From Bigelowiella natans CCMP2755 (Eukaryota; Protista; Cercozoa): 64,000 nucleotides of DNA. Shown piece by piece: positions 43,531 through 56,145 of the stretch. Below the pieces are notes generated by a model. It ran no database searches, was not told the DNA's origin, and saw nothing but the letters and a program-made list of their open reading frames with translations. Every line of letters begins with the position of its first letter. The first letter of the stretch is position 1. The DNA lies in contig ADNK01000855.1 of assembly GCA_000320545.1 (NCBI GenBank), positions 1 to 64,000 on the forward strand, read 5' to 3'. Position numbers and translations under genes: made by a program.

Positions 43531-45442
43531 GAGAAAGGGAACATAAATGCACATTCGTAGCAGCAGATTCGCTGCAACATGCTCGACCTCTTCCAAGGGA
43601 GGCAGTTTGGCATCTCCGAGGGAATCTTTAAGACGAGCAAGTTTGAAATCGATGATGTTTGCCATTCTTGAGAAGGGCGTCAGTGGCGTGACGTCCTCCT
43701 CCCCCCCTGCCTCCATCACCCTTCTCCGTTGACTACTTCGTCGTAGGCTACGCCGTGCTCTCGCTCCCCGTAGAATCGTCTGACTCTTCTTCTTCTTCTT
43801 TTCCTTTGAACAGTAGCTGCTGCTCCTTGGTCTCCTCCTGTGGTTTTCCCGGTTCATCCTCGCAGCCCGGATAGCGAGCGCTCTCTCTTTGTTGCGCCGG
43901 GTCCTGTCCGTTTGGGAGCACGACATCTGCGACGATTTAGAATTCTCCACTGCCAAACTGCTACTACCCTCAGCTTCGTTGTCATCTTGAGGAGCGTTTT
44001 CAAGCTGGTTACAGCTTCCTCCTCTTCCTCCTACTTCCCTCTTCGTCGCTACCACCGTCCACAGTATGGAAATTGGCCTGCGCGTGTCGTGGTTAAACAC
44101 AGTTGCATTGATCTGTCCCTCACGCTCCAGGCACTCCAACGCTTCTAGCACCTGAGGAGGAAGCAGAGGGGAGACGCGGGGAATAAGTATTCAATTTATA
44201 GATGAAAGCAATGATTGATTTTTAGTCATGCCTGCTCCTGAGAGGCTCCAACAGTAGCCTGTGAGCACGAGGAGACAGCAGACCGAGCGGTGACGATGCT
44301 GTGCACCATGGAAGCAGCATGGTCACCGTTCTGATCTGTACAAGCACTTGCACCGGCGCGCTCCTCCTTCTTCTTCACTAACAGTTTGAGATAGGTATTG
44401 AGGGACATGCGAGGGGGGGGGACTGTATGCGGATCCTCGTTGCCGTTGCTGTTGCCGCTCGACGTTGCTCCTGATTCTACGGGTTTATTCTCGTCAGATA
44501 TTTCCCGCTGGTTCTTTGGTCGCCCTTTCTTCTTCTTTTCCTCACCTGCTGCGTCATCAGTATCATCACCATCAGCATCACCAGCAGCAGTGTCGTCATT
44601 CTGTCTGAGCCACTTTCGGATTTTTCTCAGTAAAGCGGCGATCGCCTTGCCGCTGACGACCGGAGACATGACAAAGTGTGTCCTGTCTTCGACAAAGCTG
44701 TGAGAGAAAAATCAGCAGAAGATGCATAGAGTTGGAGGATGGGGAGGAGGAGGAAGAGGAGTAGGAGCATGGAAAAAGATGTACACAAAGTCAGATCTCA
44801 TTGGCACTCGCCTCCATATATCCACAACAACCTCCCTCCCCTCCCAACCCACCCTATGCTGAGGAGCAGATCCAGAGCGCCAGCTATCCCTTCAAATTTT
44901 TTCATTACATACGGTACCCTTAACTTCCGGTACCTGTTAACAAAGGGTAGGAAAGAAATGGGGTGATGCAATACTTCCCGAGAAGGATGACCATTGAGTT
45001 TAAAACATAGAGTACGACGGGCAGGATATCAACTTCATCACCATTGCTATTCTTATCATCATTCATCAATCATTTCAAGTGCTTCGGCATAGTTATCTCC
45101 GAAACCGACTCCGGTCGGTTTTGCCCCCCCACTAGGTACCTTCTGGTCCGGGGATGTTTGACGATGTTAACCATGACAGTCTGGATGAACTTCATTGCTC
45201 TCCGCTTTTGCAAGATGGAACAGCCTCCATCCCCACGTTCTTCACCCTTCAAACCATCGCTGCTCTCGCTATTCTTCCAAATTATTAGAGAGCGGACAAC
45301 GTCCGGGTCGGGCGAGTCGTCTTGCGTTCCGTCGTCGCTTGAAGCCTTGGGTGCTTTCGTTGGCATCGTCGTTTTTCTCCCTTGTTTATCCTCTTCACCG
45401 GGTGCTACTCTCTTCGGCCGAGAAGATAATGATAATGATGAT

Positions 45443-45473
<31 letters not shown>

Positions 45474-47173
45474 TGGTGGTGGTTTTCTCCCCTCTCCTTC
45501 GAGAAGTTGAACCAGCAGAGGGACAGCTTGATTTAAGATTTGCTACCTTGGAAAGCATCAGCGGGGAGGAGGAGGAGGAGGAAGCTCCCCCACCGACACC
45601 AGCAGCTACAGCTCTCTTCGACTTCTTTCCCATCTTACGGCGATTCTGATTCACAGCAGGTGACATAGTCGTGGTGGTGATGCCTTCTCCATTTGTGAAT
45701 GCTGTCGCTCCCTTACACCGTTTGCCGCAACGTCTGCTCGACGCTTGTTTTTTGGTACCATTGCGTATGCCCCTAGGTTTCTTAAAGACTTTACCTTCCG
45801 GAGGAGACATCACGATTGTTTCACTGAGAGCTTGCGTGTTCTGTTCTGAGGCAGTCGTCAGCACAGAGAGCAGAGGTGATCGTGATGTGTCAACTTTTCC
45901 ATCTTGTCTTAGCAACTTTGAGGAATGCTGTGGATTTTCATCATGAGATGACGTGGGTTTCTGGGACTGGGCGACGTTCTTCAGGGCTAACCCCAAAGGA
46001 TTCGTATTCTCAGCATTTTCACCGTTACCCTTCTTACTGGTTACGCCCGTAGAAAACCAGTGTTTGCGAGCTGATGACGATGTCGTAGCTGATTTTCTAG
46101 TCTTTTTCCGCTTCGGCGTGCTCTTTTTTGCCGACCGCGATTTTACGGAAAGTTTTTGTGAGTATTCTGCGTTACAAAGTAGGACGGGAAAGAAAATAAG
46201 AACATAGAGATTCTCTAGATCGGTAGTAATGGGCCTAGTATGCACAACCTTCAGGATTTTGTAGTCTCTTGAAGTCGCGGAGAATGATTCTAAGACACAG
46301 TTTATTAACAAATTTTAGCGCAGCACAAGCATCGTTTGAAATTTACGACGTTACGTTTTCACAGGTTGCAGTGGTCGCTCTGTTTGAGCCGGTAGCAGTG
46401 TGATATCAAATTCAGTGCTAATATAAAAATCAGAACGCAAATAGAAATACATCAGTTGGAATATAATATCATATTTCTGTTCGTCACCCATCGAGGTCTA
46501 TTGTTTGTTCCTTGCCCTTGTAGCTTCCCTTATAGCTGAGAAAAAGGCGACGCAAAAGTAAGTTGATGTTCAAAAAAATGCCGTTTAAAGTTGTCAACCT
46601 AACAGTGATTATTCGGCCATCCACTACTTTGACATCAGCGTCACATCCTTTTCTCTCGTCTCGAAGATTCCATTCAACCCTGATCTGCATTCCTGGGTGG
46701 ACCCCGACCCCGTTAAGAACGCTCTTTTTCAAAATTTCTTCATGTGCCTCTCGATCACTTTCTGAAAAAAAAAAAAAATCACTCGGGAGAGTCCTAGAAT
46801 TGTAAATTAGAATTCATTACCTTCAAGAATACAGCCAGCTTCGTTATCCTCTTCTTTCGCCTGAACAAACGCAAGGATCAGAAAAGTAGCAATGTAGAAC
46901 CATCTGTAAAATGCTTCGTACGGTATAGTAGAGCTGAATGGCGTCGATATAATCGTTGCTCGCTTTTGCAAGGAAGTAGCGAAGGAGCGACAAGTCAGCT
47001 TTTTCTGATAGGAGATACCACTCAGCACTCGTTCAAGAAAACTTTCTAACCTTTTTCAAAATAAAATCCGGCAAATCGAAATTGCCACCTCCCACAAAGC
47101 CTTTCATTTTCTGCAACAAGCCCTCTTCCTTCCGTGAAGTTTTCCTCCGTTTGGATCGATGATGCGCCTCCAT
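42947..47173 (-). CDS. Multidomain protein: UBA-like + PUB-like + RPA32C-binding-like motif + Sfr1/Mei5 C-terminal domain
   Basis: UBA-like: LLQKMKGFVGEKADLSLLRYFLAKASNDYIDAIQLYY. PUB-like: FIQTVMVNIVKHPRTRRYRKLRV...IAGALDLLLSIGF. RPA-type motif: SQTDRTRRNKERALAIRAAR. Terminal exons: TEEIERLARKWKSAVQDIMENL...MGELLRTLGIAQEQVGYDPESEDFIRSP*. Confidence 0.7.
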
Positions 47174-47823
47174 CGGAATGAAGCCGAAGTTGGAGGGAAG
47201 CTATTCCCCTCGCATTTAGAAATTGCAGATTTTGTTGGACATTTCATAGTTGCGACATCATAATAAGCTCAGATTTAGATTCCGTACAAAACAAAGGGAA
47301 TATTTCCCATTCTGGACCCACTCGGACGTCGGATGCATAAAATCAGCTCCTGCCAGTTTCACGCTTGAATTGTCTTATGCGACAATATAACATGAGTGAC
47401 TCACAGGCAGATTCACGAAGGTTTTAAGCGTTTCTAAGGGTTGATGCGATTTCAACACCTGACAATTGTATAGTTTCAAAGTACGACAGACGAGTTCCAT
47501 TGTCGTAGTTCAGGAATTAAATGGTTTTCACTTCTGCGGAAACTTCCCAAAATAGACCCTCCTCTGCGCTTCCCTGAACGAACATTCTCGGACGGTGGTA
47601 AGTGAACCAAGGGGAGAAGAAGGGAAATAGAGATAATGGGATCATGGCATCGGCAGCAATCTGATATGTGTGTTCAAACTTATGAGGCAGAAAAAAGTAT
47701 TTTTTCGAGCGATTAAACTAATGGATTGATGCGATGTAGGTGATTGGGAGATATTTGAGGTCAAAGACGAAACTGCTTCTCCAACTTTATTCGGAAAAAT
47801 AAGCTTTAACGTAACGAGGTAGT

Positions 47824-49424
47824 ATGGACGATCAGCTAAGACGCGCTATTGAAGCAAGTAAACAAACTGCACAGCAGGAAAAGCAGTCAAGGCAAAGAGA
47901 TACTCTCTTGCAGCAGGCACTTGCTGCCTCAAAGGCTGAGGAGGAGAGGCGGAAAGCCGAAATCGCCCGGCAAGCACAAGCACGCGAAAGAAAGGTCACC
48001 GGTAACGCGCAAATGAGCGAGGAAGAGCAGATGCGGCTCGCCATTGAGGCTTCGAAGAAGGAAGAAGAACGCCGGAAGGCTTTGTCCAATAACGATGAGG
48101 CACTCAAGCTTGCAATTGAGAATTCCAAAAAGACAGCCAAGGAAGAAGAAGATCGACGCCGACAGGAGGAACAAGAACTTAACTTCGCTCTGCAGCTCTC
48201 GGCGGCATTGTATCGAGCTAGCAACGTTAGCCGTCAGCTCCACGACCAAAAGGGGCCAGTTCAAGGACATATTCAGAAGGAATACGCTGTCCCTGTTGTT
48301 CCTGGGACGCTCGACGTCAATCTTATTGAGGCACAGGGGCTGCCCAACATGAAGACAGGAATGAACCGCATGAAACCCTACGTAGTGCTCCGTGTCATGT
48401 CCATCGCGCCAGTGGGTATTCTCAATCTTACGATCCATAAGGCCGAGGGATTGCGAAAAATACAGATGATCGGCCAGCAAGATCCCTACGCCATCGTCAC
48501 GCTCGATGGGCGGCGGAAAGCCACTACTAAGGTCCACTATGATTCGGGTCGCACACCGGTATGGGAGGAGAAGAAAACTGTGACGCTCACGGGCAAGGAG
48601 AAGTCGGGCTCCATCGAGATCCAGATCTGGAACAAGAACATGATGTCAGACGAGCGCATTGGGTATTAGTACATCATCAAATTTGAGTAGGCTATGTAGT
48701 ATAAAGCTGGAGTTGTATTGAGTTACTTTGTAGCGATTCGGCTGGTTGGTCGTTCGTTGTATGAATGCCCCAGTCTCTCATCTTTCCTTCTTGATTAATG
48801 GCTATGCAGATACGCGTACCTCGACGTGGCCGATGTCTTGTCCCCCAGTAAGAAGAAGTGGCTAAGGGTAAATCGGAAGAAGGGAAAGCATCACAGCAGC
48901 AGCCTCGATGGCAAAGTTTGCGTGTCCTGGGATTTCCAGGCGCACTGTGCACCCTCCTTCAAACCCCTGAAGGTTGTAAACGAATTCACGTGCGAAGAGA
49001 GAGGAGGGAGGAACAGGCAGCACCGTGAATATTTTTAACTACTGCACTGAATGAAAAAAGGGAATGCCAGAACATTTGGTCCTACCTTCTACCACTATTG
49101 AATTATATCAACCCGTACCAAAATGCACATAATAATAATAGGTGCTCGAATCTAAGACAGGATACGTCGGGGGCCCAGATCCCAAGTGGGAGAATACCCT
49201 GACGGTCAAGGACATGGTGTCCAATTGCTACGTGCAGGCGACCCTCCGCAACAAGAAGACGTTCGGTACCGACACGATTCTGGCCATCTCCAACGTTATC
49301 TCCGTGCAGGGCGCTATTCACCAGAACTTCTTCACAAAGGGAAAGAACACTTGGTATTTAGCAGTAGTAGCAGCAGTAGTAGTCATGGAATATCTTACAC
49401 AGTAGAAGTAGTAGTAGTAGTAGT

Positions 49425-49455
<31 letters not shown>

Positions 49456-49961
49456 GCGGTAGTAGTAGATCTTGAAAGGTGTAGTCGGGGTGGAGATAGG
49501 TAGCGGAGAGTATTAGGGCGGAAGCAGTGTCGTCTTTTCATTCAAAACGACACACCATCTATCCGATCATCCTTTTCAATTTCCTTTCTAACCGAGCCAC
49601 CTTCGAGACATGTCAAAAGCTCGTACGCATCTTCTACCTTTTTGCCCTGAGTCAAAACCCGAAACTACGCGGCCCAATTGTCGTCCATCCACGTAGGTAC
49701 CCGCTGACACCCTCCAACGCCACCCGCTCCAAGTGCACCAACAACAACGCAGGCAAGATTAAGCTCGAAATCAAATTCCGAGACGAAGACCACCCTGATG
49801 GCATTGTGCCTGAGGAAATTGAGCCACAGATTCCAGACGTTGATGTCATCGAAGGCGCCCAGGTGGTAAGCTCTGGTCCAGTTGTGGAAGCAACGGTCGT
49901 CAATGCCCACGCTCAAGTAGGATCAGGCGATGTCTTGGCTGCAGAAGTCCAACCGTTTTAG
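47824..49961 (+). CDS. UIM-repeat (x5) and double C2-domain protein
   Basis: UIMs: DDQLRRAIEASK, TLLQQALAASK, EEEQMRLAIEASK, DEALKLAIENSK, EQELNFALQLSA. C2 strands: GTLDVNLIEAQGL and GILNLTIHKAEGL..QDPY..PVWEE..IWNKNMMSDERIG. Three introns. Confidence 0.85.
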
Positions 49962-50900
49962 AGGAAGCAAGAAGCACAATGAATAAGGAGAGAAGCCATG
50001 TGAACAAGAACACAATACAAGAACAAAACAAAGCGGAATCTCATCATTGTTTTCCTAGGAGAGATTTTATTGCATGCCAGCACAACTTTCAACCGTGAAT
50101 AGCTTATGGGACAAGTTTACGTTTAGACTGCCTCTCTCTTATTTAATAGTAAGCTAATATCGATCATGACGGCATTTCTTGCATGTGCAATATACCAACA
50201 AGCAGGCACGATATGCCATAGACACAGGGCCATGTGGCGGTGTCGCATGTACGATGCAGCTTCATCTCCATTATCTCGTTTGCTTGCCCGTCTAACACAC
50301 TACTCATCCACAAGCAAATAATGTTATGTGCTACCTATCATAGTTCATAGTAGCATTGCTTGGGACCCACATGTATGACATTAGACAGCATAGCAGCCGA
50401 AAGAATAGCCTACGCATGCACACATGTTACGCGCGGACTGCACATATACGCATTGTACTGTCGTCTCAGACTACACGCTCCAGTTGCGTAAGTTATTTAT
50501 CGCATTGCTCTGTTCCATGCGTACTTCGCTTTTATTTCTCTGTTCTGCGAAGTATCCTGCTCTGCTTGTGCAATTATCTTATGCTGATGTTTTAAATTGC
50601 ATGATCGTTTTCCAGCATACACCAGTCAGGCCTCATTATTGGGAGAGAGCGAGCTGTAGCGAATTTCAGTTAGAGTCATTCAATATCAGCATGTTTGTAA
50701 GGGCTGTGCGTCTCGAATGTCCCCTCTTCGAAACAAGCACTGTATGACAGACATCATAATGCTGATTGTAGTGGTACTACATTATAGCTACATTAGGATG
50801 ACCATTGAAAAGACTTAATCACTTCATTACATCTGTCTCACATTAATGTACGCATTTATGCATTTTTAATATATTCTGCCCAGTAATGGTAACATTATTG

Positions 50901-53900
50901 TCATCGGTTATCGGTCGAACTATCTTGAAATTTCGGTATTTGTGGTAGCGAAGAGAAGAGGTCGCTTTTGCTGCTTAGGTTGTTGCGGTCTTGCGATTTC
51001 TTCTCAACGGGCTCAATGGGCTCGCAGAAGATACTTTGGCTGTTACACTTCCTGCTCTCGATAAGTTCCCATCTAATGAAAAAGGACAAAACAGACAATG
51101 ATGAAGGACAAATGAAGGACAAGAGTTATTAAGACGGTTCACGCACATTCGTATGTAGCTTTGATGAATTTTTGAAGTACTATAATTTGTATGATATTTG
51201 ATTCATCTGTGTGCGTGATCTGGAAGAGAAGGGGAGAACAGAAGAAAGGATGCGCACGAAATAATTTAGTACATAATCTGCGAAAGTGGAAGGTGGGTGC
51301 TGCAGCAGCAATAGCGAGTCAGGGAGAATGCTACACTTGCCTTTTTGGAAATTTTTTCTTATCCTTCTTCATACAGTCAACACCCTCTTTTGACAGCATG
51401 TGCTGGATGATGACCTGAAGGAAAATAACGAGCAGTAATGTGAACAAAAATCCCGATGGATATAATGATAATGATGTTGTTTGGTCTCAGGATTAGAAGA
51501 GTATTGGTTCCATTCTATAAAATGTTGGCCTAGTATTTATCAAATACCTCGCAGAGCTTTAGTTTTGTGGATGCTGTCATATCGAGCCCACAATGTGCAC
51601 AATTTCCGATGATAGCTTTCTACGTACATGAAAGAAGAGGATAGATGAGAGATGAAGCAGGAGAAGAAAATGATAAGAATGGTGCTAATCTACAATGATC
51701 ATAAATGATCTTGTGTGGTTGCGTTCCAGTGTGGCAAAGCTAATGACAAACCCTGTTACAACCCATTTTATTGATTATTACCTTCTCAGTGTTCGAGGGA
51801 CAACTGCCAACCTCCTGTAGTGCGGCAAAGAGAGAATATAGGCGTTTTCTCGCTTACGTATTGATGTGCATTACTTAATTTTTCCTTTCGTTCATTCACA
51901 TGTATTCTCAATGAAAAGTAAAAGAAAGAGGTAGGAATAGCGAATATTTCACACATGTGTGGAAAATCCAGCTTTTAACACTTGTTTTGACATCCTTTCG
52001 CAGGTCATCAGGGTTTAATTTTGGCTTTTACAGGCTCACGAATATCTTCACTACTTTAAGTACCCATCCTTCACATCGATCCTCTATAGCGACGTCTTTC
52101 AGCGCACTAGTGATGTGCAGGCCGCATCCTAACTCAATGATAAGGCGGTCCACAGATAATATAAATATAAAACATCATCTTGATGGATTGATTAAGTGGA
52201 TTTTGGTCGCGTTTGATTCCCATATTATTTATTCGTGTTCAATATTCATCTCGCCATTATCCTGAAACTAAGACAGAAATGGATATCGGACGTAGACGTC
52301 GAAAGTGGTAGGCGCAAGATACAGTTGATGGCACCTGCCCATGTTATTTTCCCACACCTAAGTTGTTATAGATGGCCATGTCTTCAAGAACGTTAATTAC
52401 TTTATTGATAATGTTATCGTTGGACAACGTCAGAGAACAGGGAAAATAATTAGGAATTTTGAACCGACCACAAGCACTTGTCTTTCCAACACATTTCCTC
52501 CTCGCCTCCACAGAGAGCTTTCCCAGCCAAGGCAACCAAGCCTGACGCCCAACATTACAGAATTGCGTATCAACCCTTACCTTCTTCCAATGCTTCATAA
52601 CCCCCCCCATTGGCTCATCGTTTCATATAGCCTCTCACAGGTAGTTGCTGCTGTTACCTTTTCAAATGAGAGTTGAGGAGGAGGGAAGTACTGTTCACCG
52701 CAACGTGGATGTGGATGTCCTGTTACCACTGCTGTTCCGGGGACTGTCTAGCCGTTTCGAAATTATTTTCTCTATTTTGCTTGTCGCAGTATGTAAAACG
52801 ACCACATTTTACCCATGAAACTTCGTCTCAGTGGCTGCTGTGACTCGGAGTCAGATCTACTTGTGGTGGATTTGTCCAAGCCTCAAGCCTGTCTCTCCCC
52901 AAGGGGGGTTCACTCCCACGGGTTTTGGTCCGTGTCATGCTCGGCGGTTTTGCCCCGGCGTCAGCCGGGAAAATTTTTCGATTTCACCCAAAAAAATGCA
53001 AATTTTGTTCAAATTCCTCAATGTTTTCTTCAAAAACCATCCACAAAGTGTCCAGTGAAATTGCCCAAGATGCACATTGGCGGAACTCTTGGCATCGTGT
53101 CACTGGGATGTCTCAGATGTGCCCAACCCACTTCCCTGGCGCATGCAGATTTGATCAATGCTTTGTTCATCATTCATTGTTCATCATTCCCGCCCTTTCC
53201 ATCGATCTAGCGATGTGTGCACCAGCGTGTGTGACTGATCACGTGCGCAGCGTCGATCATCCAGTCGTGCGCGACGTCGCGACGTGTCTAGCTTCAATTT
53301 GATGATGAAGTGACAAGTGTGCATCAGAGTGGGAAGCTGTGAGTGCTTGCGTGCGCGCGCGCTGGGCACGCACAAAGTGTGCCAGTGTGCGCCATCGCGC
53401 CCACACGTCTTGCTCGTGCGTCCAATCCCAAGCAGCTCTGGAGCTGCGCGTCGCGCATCACATCCAGCTTCATTGATTGCCGCATCGGCACCGTGCAGGC
53501 CGCTAGGAGCCACACATCGAAAACTCACCAAAGTCAAAACCACCAAAAAAAAGCACTTTTTTGGCGCAGAAACGTTCAATTTTGCGAATTTTGGAGTGGA
53601 ACTTCTGGAGGTGACGGAGTTGCTCTTGACACGGCCTCTGAGCATGTTTTTTTGAGCCAACGCGCAAAGGGGACCCTTTCCGCGGCACCCAAAGTTTTTG
53701 CCCTCGATTTTTTTCCTTGAAAATCCACTTTTTTGCACCCCTTTCTGGACAATTCTGGACCTTCTCACACGTCCAGAAGTCTTCTGTGGTGCTTCGGAAG
53801 AAGTTTGGATTGGATTCCGAGCATGACACGGACCAAAACCCGTGGGAGTGAACCCCCCTTGTCTCTCCCGGGCGTTCAGGAGCAGATGTGAGATGGGGGT

Positions 53901-54030
53901 CACAATGTGGAAGGGGAGTTTACGAGGAGAGCGGGCGATGGATGAGGCCGATGAAGATGTGTGCGATGATGCACTCACAAGCGCATCTCAAATTTGCTGC
54001 TGGCTTGTGAAGATGAAGCATGCCCCGGCC
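50901..54030 (-). pseudogene. Probable decayed intron-containing gene (PH-like and CxxC segments) interrupted by a MITE
   Basis: Exon-like segments with splice sites but in-frame stops or frameshifts: RERQA*GLDKSTT, TSTLR*TVLPSSSTLI*K, GYMKR*ANG/GVMKHWKK, IFVSL*KPKLNP; also KAIIGNCAHCGLDM. Identity is weak. Confidence 0.4.
52900..53861. mobile_element. Non-autonomous DNA transposon (MITE), 962 bp, hAT/P-like ends
   Basis: Perfect 45-bp TIRs (52900-52944 caaggggggttcactcccacgggttttggtccgtgtcatgctcgg, and its reverse complement at 53817-53861) flanked by the direct repeat tctctccc (52892-52899 and 53862-53869). No transposase ORF. Confidence 0.92.
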
Positions 54031-54639
54031 CCATGTCTACTAGGTCTAGCCATGTGTGCAGCACGACGCAACTTTCCCCCCACGAAAAAATTTGTGCAAA
54101 CTTAGATCCTGCGCCATTTCCTCGCATCGCAGAAATGACAATGCAAGCTGTTTGTGACCTGCGATCCCCAACATGCATTGTCTTTGGAACAATGCATTGG
54201 CCCCCTCATCGCATGTCGCATGCTCGCGGAGCCACAGGCGACGGTGGTGCGGTCGCCATGATCACTAGACGCTAGCAACAAAATGCATTGCATTGTGATT
54301 GTTACTGCAATAAATGATTCATTGCATAGCATGCGCTAGGGATGCACTTGTACGATGCCTTGCATGAGCTGTTGTGCGGCTGGCAAACATCCGCTTGGCG
54401 AACGTTACGTTAACGTGCCGCATGTTCCATGTGCTCATCGCTCTACTCTGCGCTTATTATTTCAATCAATGCGCGACGTAGCTTGCTAACTGATACGTGT
54501 ACAACATGTAATATGGCTGCCGGTAACATCATTAAAAAAGAATTGAAGATCTTGGAGAATCCGTTCCTTTCAAAAGTGGGAAACCTTCAAATTCGTTCAA
54601 TACCATCTCTTCAAGAAAATTCTCTTTAGAGTTAGGAGA

Positions 54640-55156
54640 TTAGAAGTTCTCTTTGTGAAGGATGAACCTGAAGATATATACAATATATCACAGAGGAACA
54701 TTCGACTCGAAACAAGATGACTAGTTTGAGGAGGAAACAAAGGGAAGGGCAAGGGAATTGATGACGCCTACTTGGTTCCTTTTGCTTCCTGACTACTGTG
54801 CTTGGCGCACATCTTTTTCAAATCAGCAGCAATGTATGGATTCCCGCAGAACATCACTCCGACCTGTGGCGGCGGATTATATCAGATAAGACGAGGTGAA
54901 ATTCATAGTTACCCTTTCGTGTGTGTGTGTGTGTGTGTCATCTGTTCTTTCATAATTTGATACGTTCTCATTCCGATACATCTTTAACATCTCCTCGAAA
55001 CGTATGTCCCAATTGGGCCGGCCATGATGAACATGTATGTCGCCCAATGTCTTCGACTCCTTGCTGGGGAACAGCAGCGCCTGAAGTGCAACGACTGAAC
55101 ACTCAGCAAAAATATGAAAATACTCGTACACATTTTACACACACACACACACACGT

Positions 55157-55235
<79 letters not shown>

Positions 55236-56088
55236 TTATTATGTATATTTCAAATGCTTGTGTACATGCTTGTAATCCCCATCACGAGCGAGTCATCATT
55301 CACCTTGTAGAGGTCTGCTTTGGAGAAGTTTGCCCGTTCCATATCTACTTGCGACTCAGGTGCTGGAATTCTGCCGTAAGCAAAAAAAATAATAACGATA
55401 GAGAGTATTATGAAGGAAGAACAAAAACGACTATTGAAGGAAGGATCAATGTGAGAAGGGCTTTAAAGGGTGATACTGACTGACCCCCAAAATGTGTCAT
55501 CTTTTTCTTCCTCAGTAAGCGACTTGTACGCCTTCTCCTCTGTCAGGTCCTTTGGCACCTGTTAAGGCAATTTTAGTTTGCATTGAATATCGTCGACGTA
55601 TGTTAACATCCACATACACACACACTCACACACACGCGCGCGCGCACACACACGCACACGCACAGAGACTTACCGACGTCACGTATATGTGGAAGTTGAA
55701 GCTTTTCCCTCTCATTGCTTCCTTCGATTTCACCTATGCGAAATGTAGCGAAGTTATCATCAGTACGATCAGTCTTCTCCGTTCTTGGCCTCTTCGTAAT
55801 ACACTACCTTCATGTTGATGACACAGTCCTGCACTTCCTTGAGTCGCGATACGAACCAGCGGTACGCCTCTACGTCCCGATGTGAGACGACCCACGCAAA
55901 GTTAGCGTGCGAAGGATAGCTTTTGCCTACGGTGAACTTCCATCTGCAGAGGAAAGAAAAATCTTTATTTTAGACGTTTATCTTTTACATATTCCCAATA
56001 TCTCCGATTGAGTGTACGAAGCGCATATTTTTTTTGTATCACAAAAATACTTAATGTCCCAAATACAACAAATGCAACAAATCACTAT

Positions 56089-56145
<57 letters not shown>

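Noticed and set aside
52615-52617. Repeated in-frame TGA as evidence for a variant genetic code
   Set aside because: Intact genes in the window (PRP4, RRP7) end with TGA right after conserved C-termini, so decay is the simpler explanation.
52815-53978. ORFs overlapping the MITE as a possible transposase
   Set aside because: No DDE, BED or THAP motifs; the shared peptide QGGFTPTGFGPCHAR is simply the TIR read from both ends.
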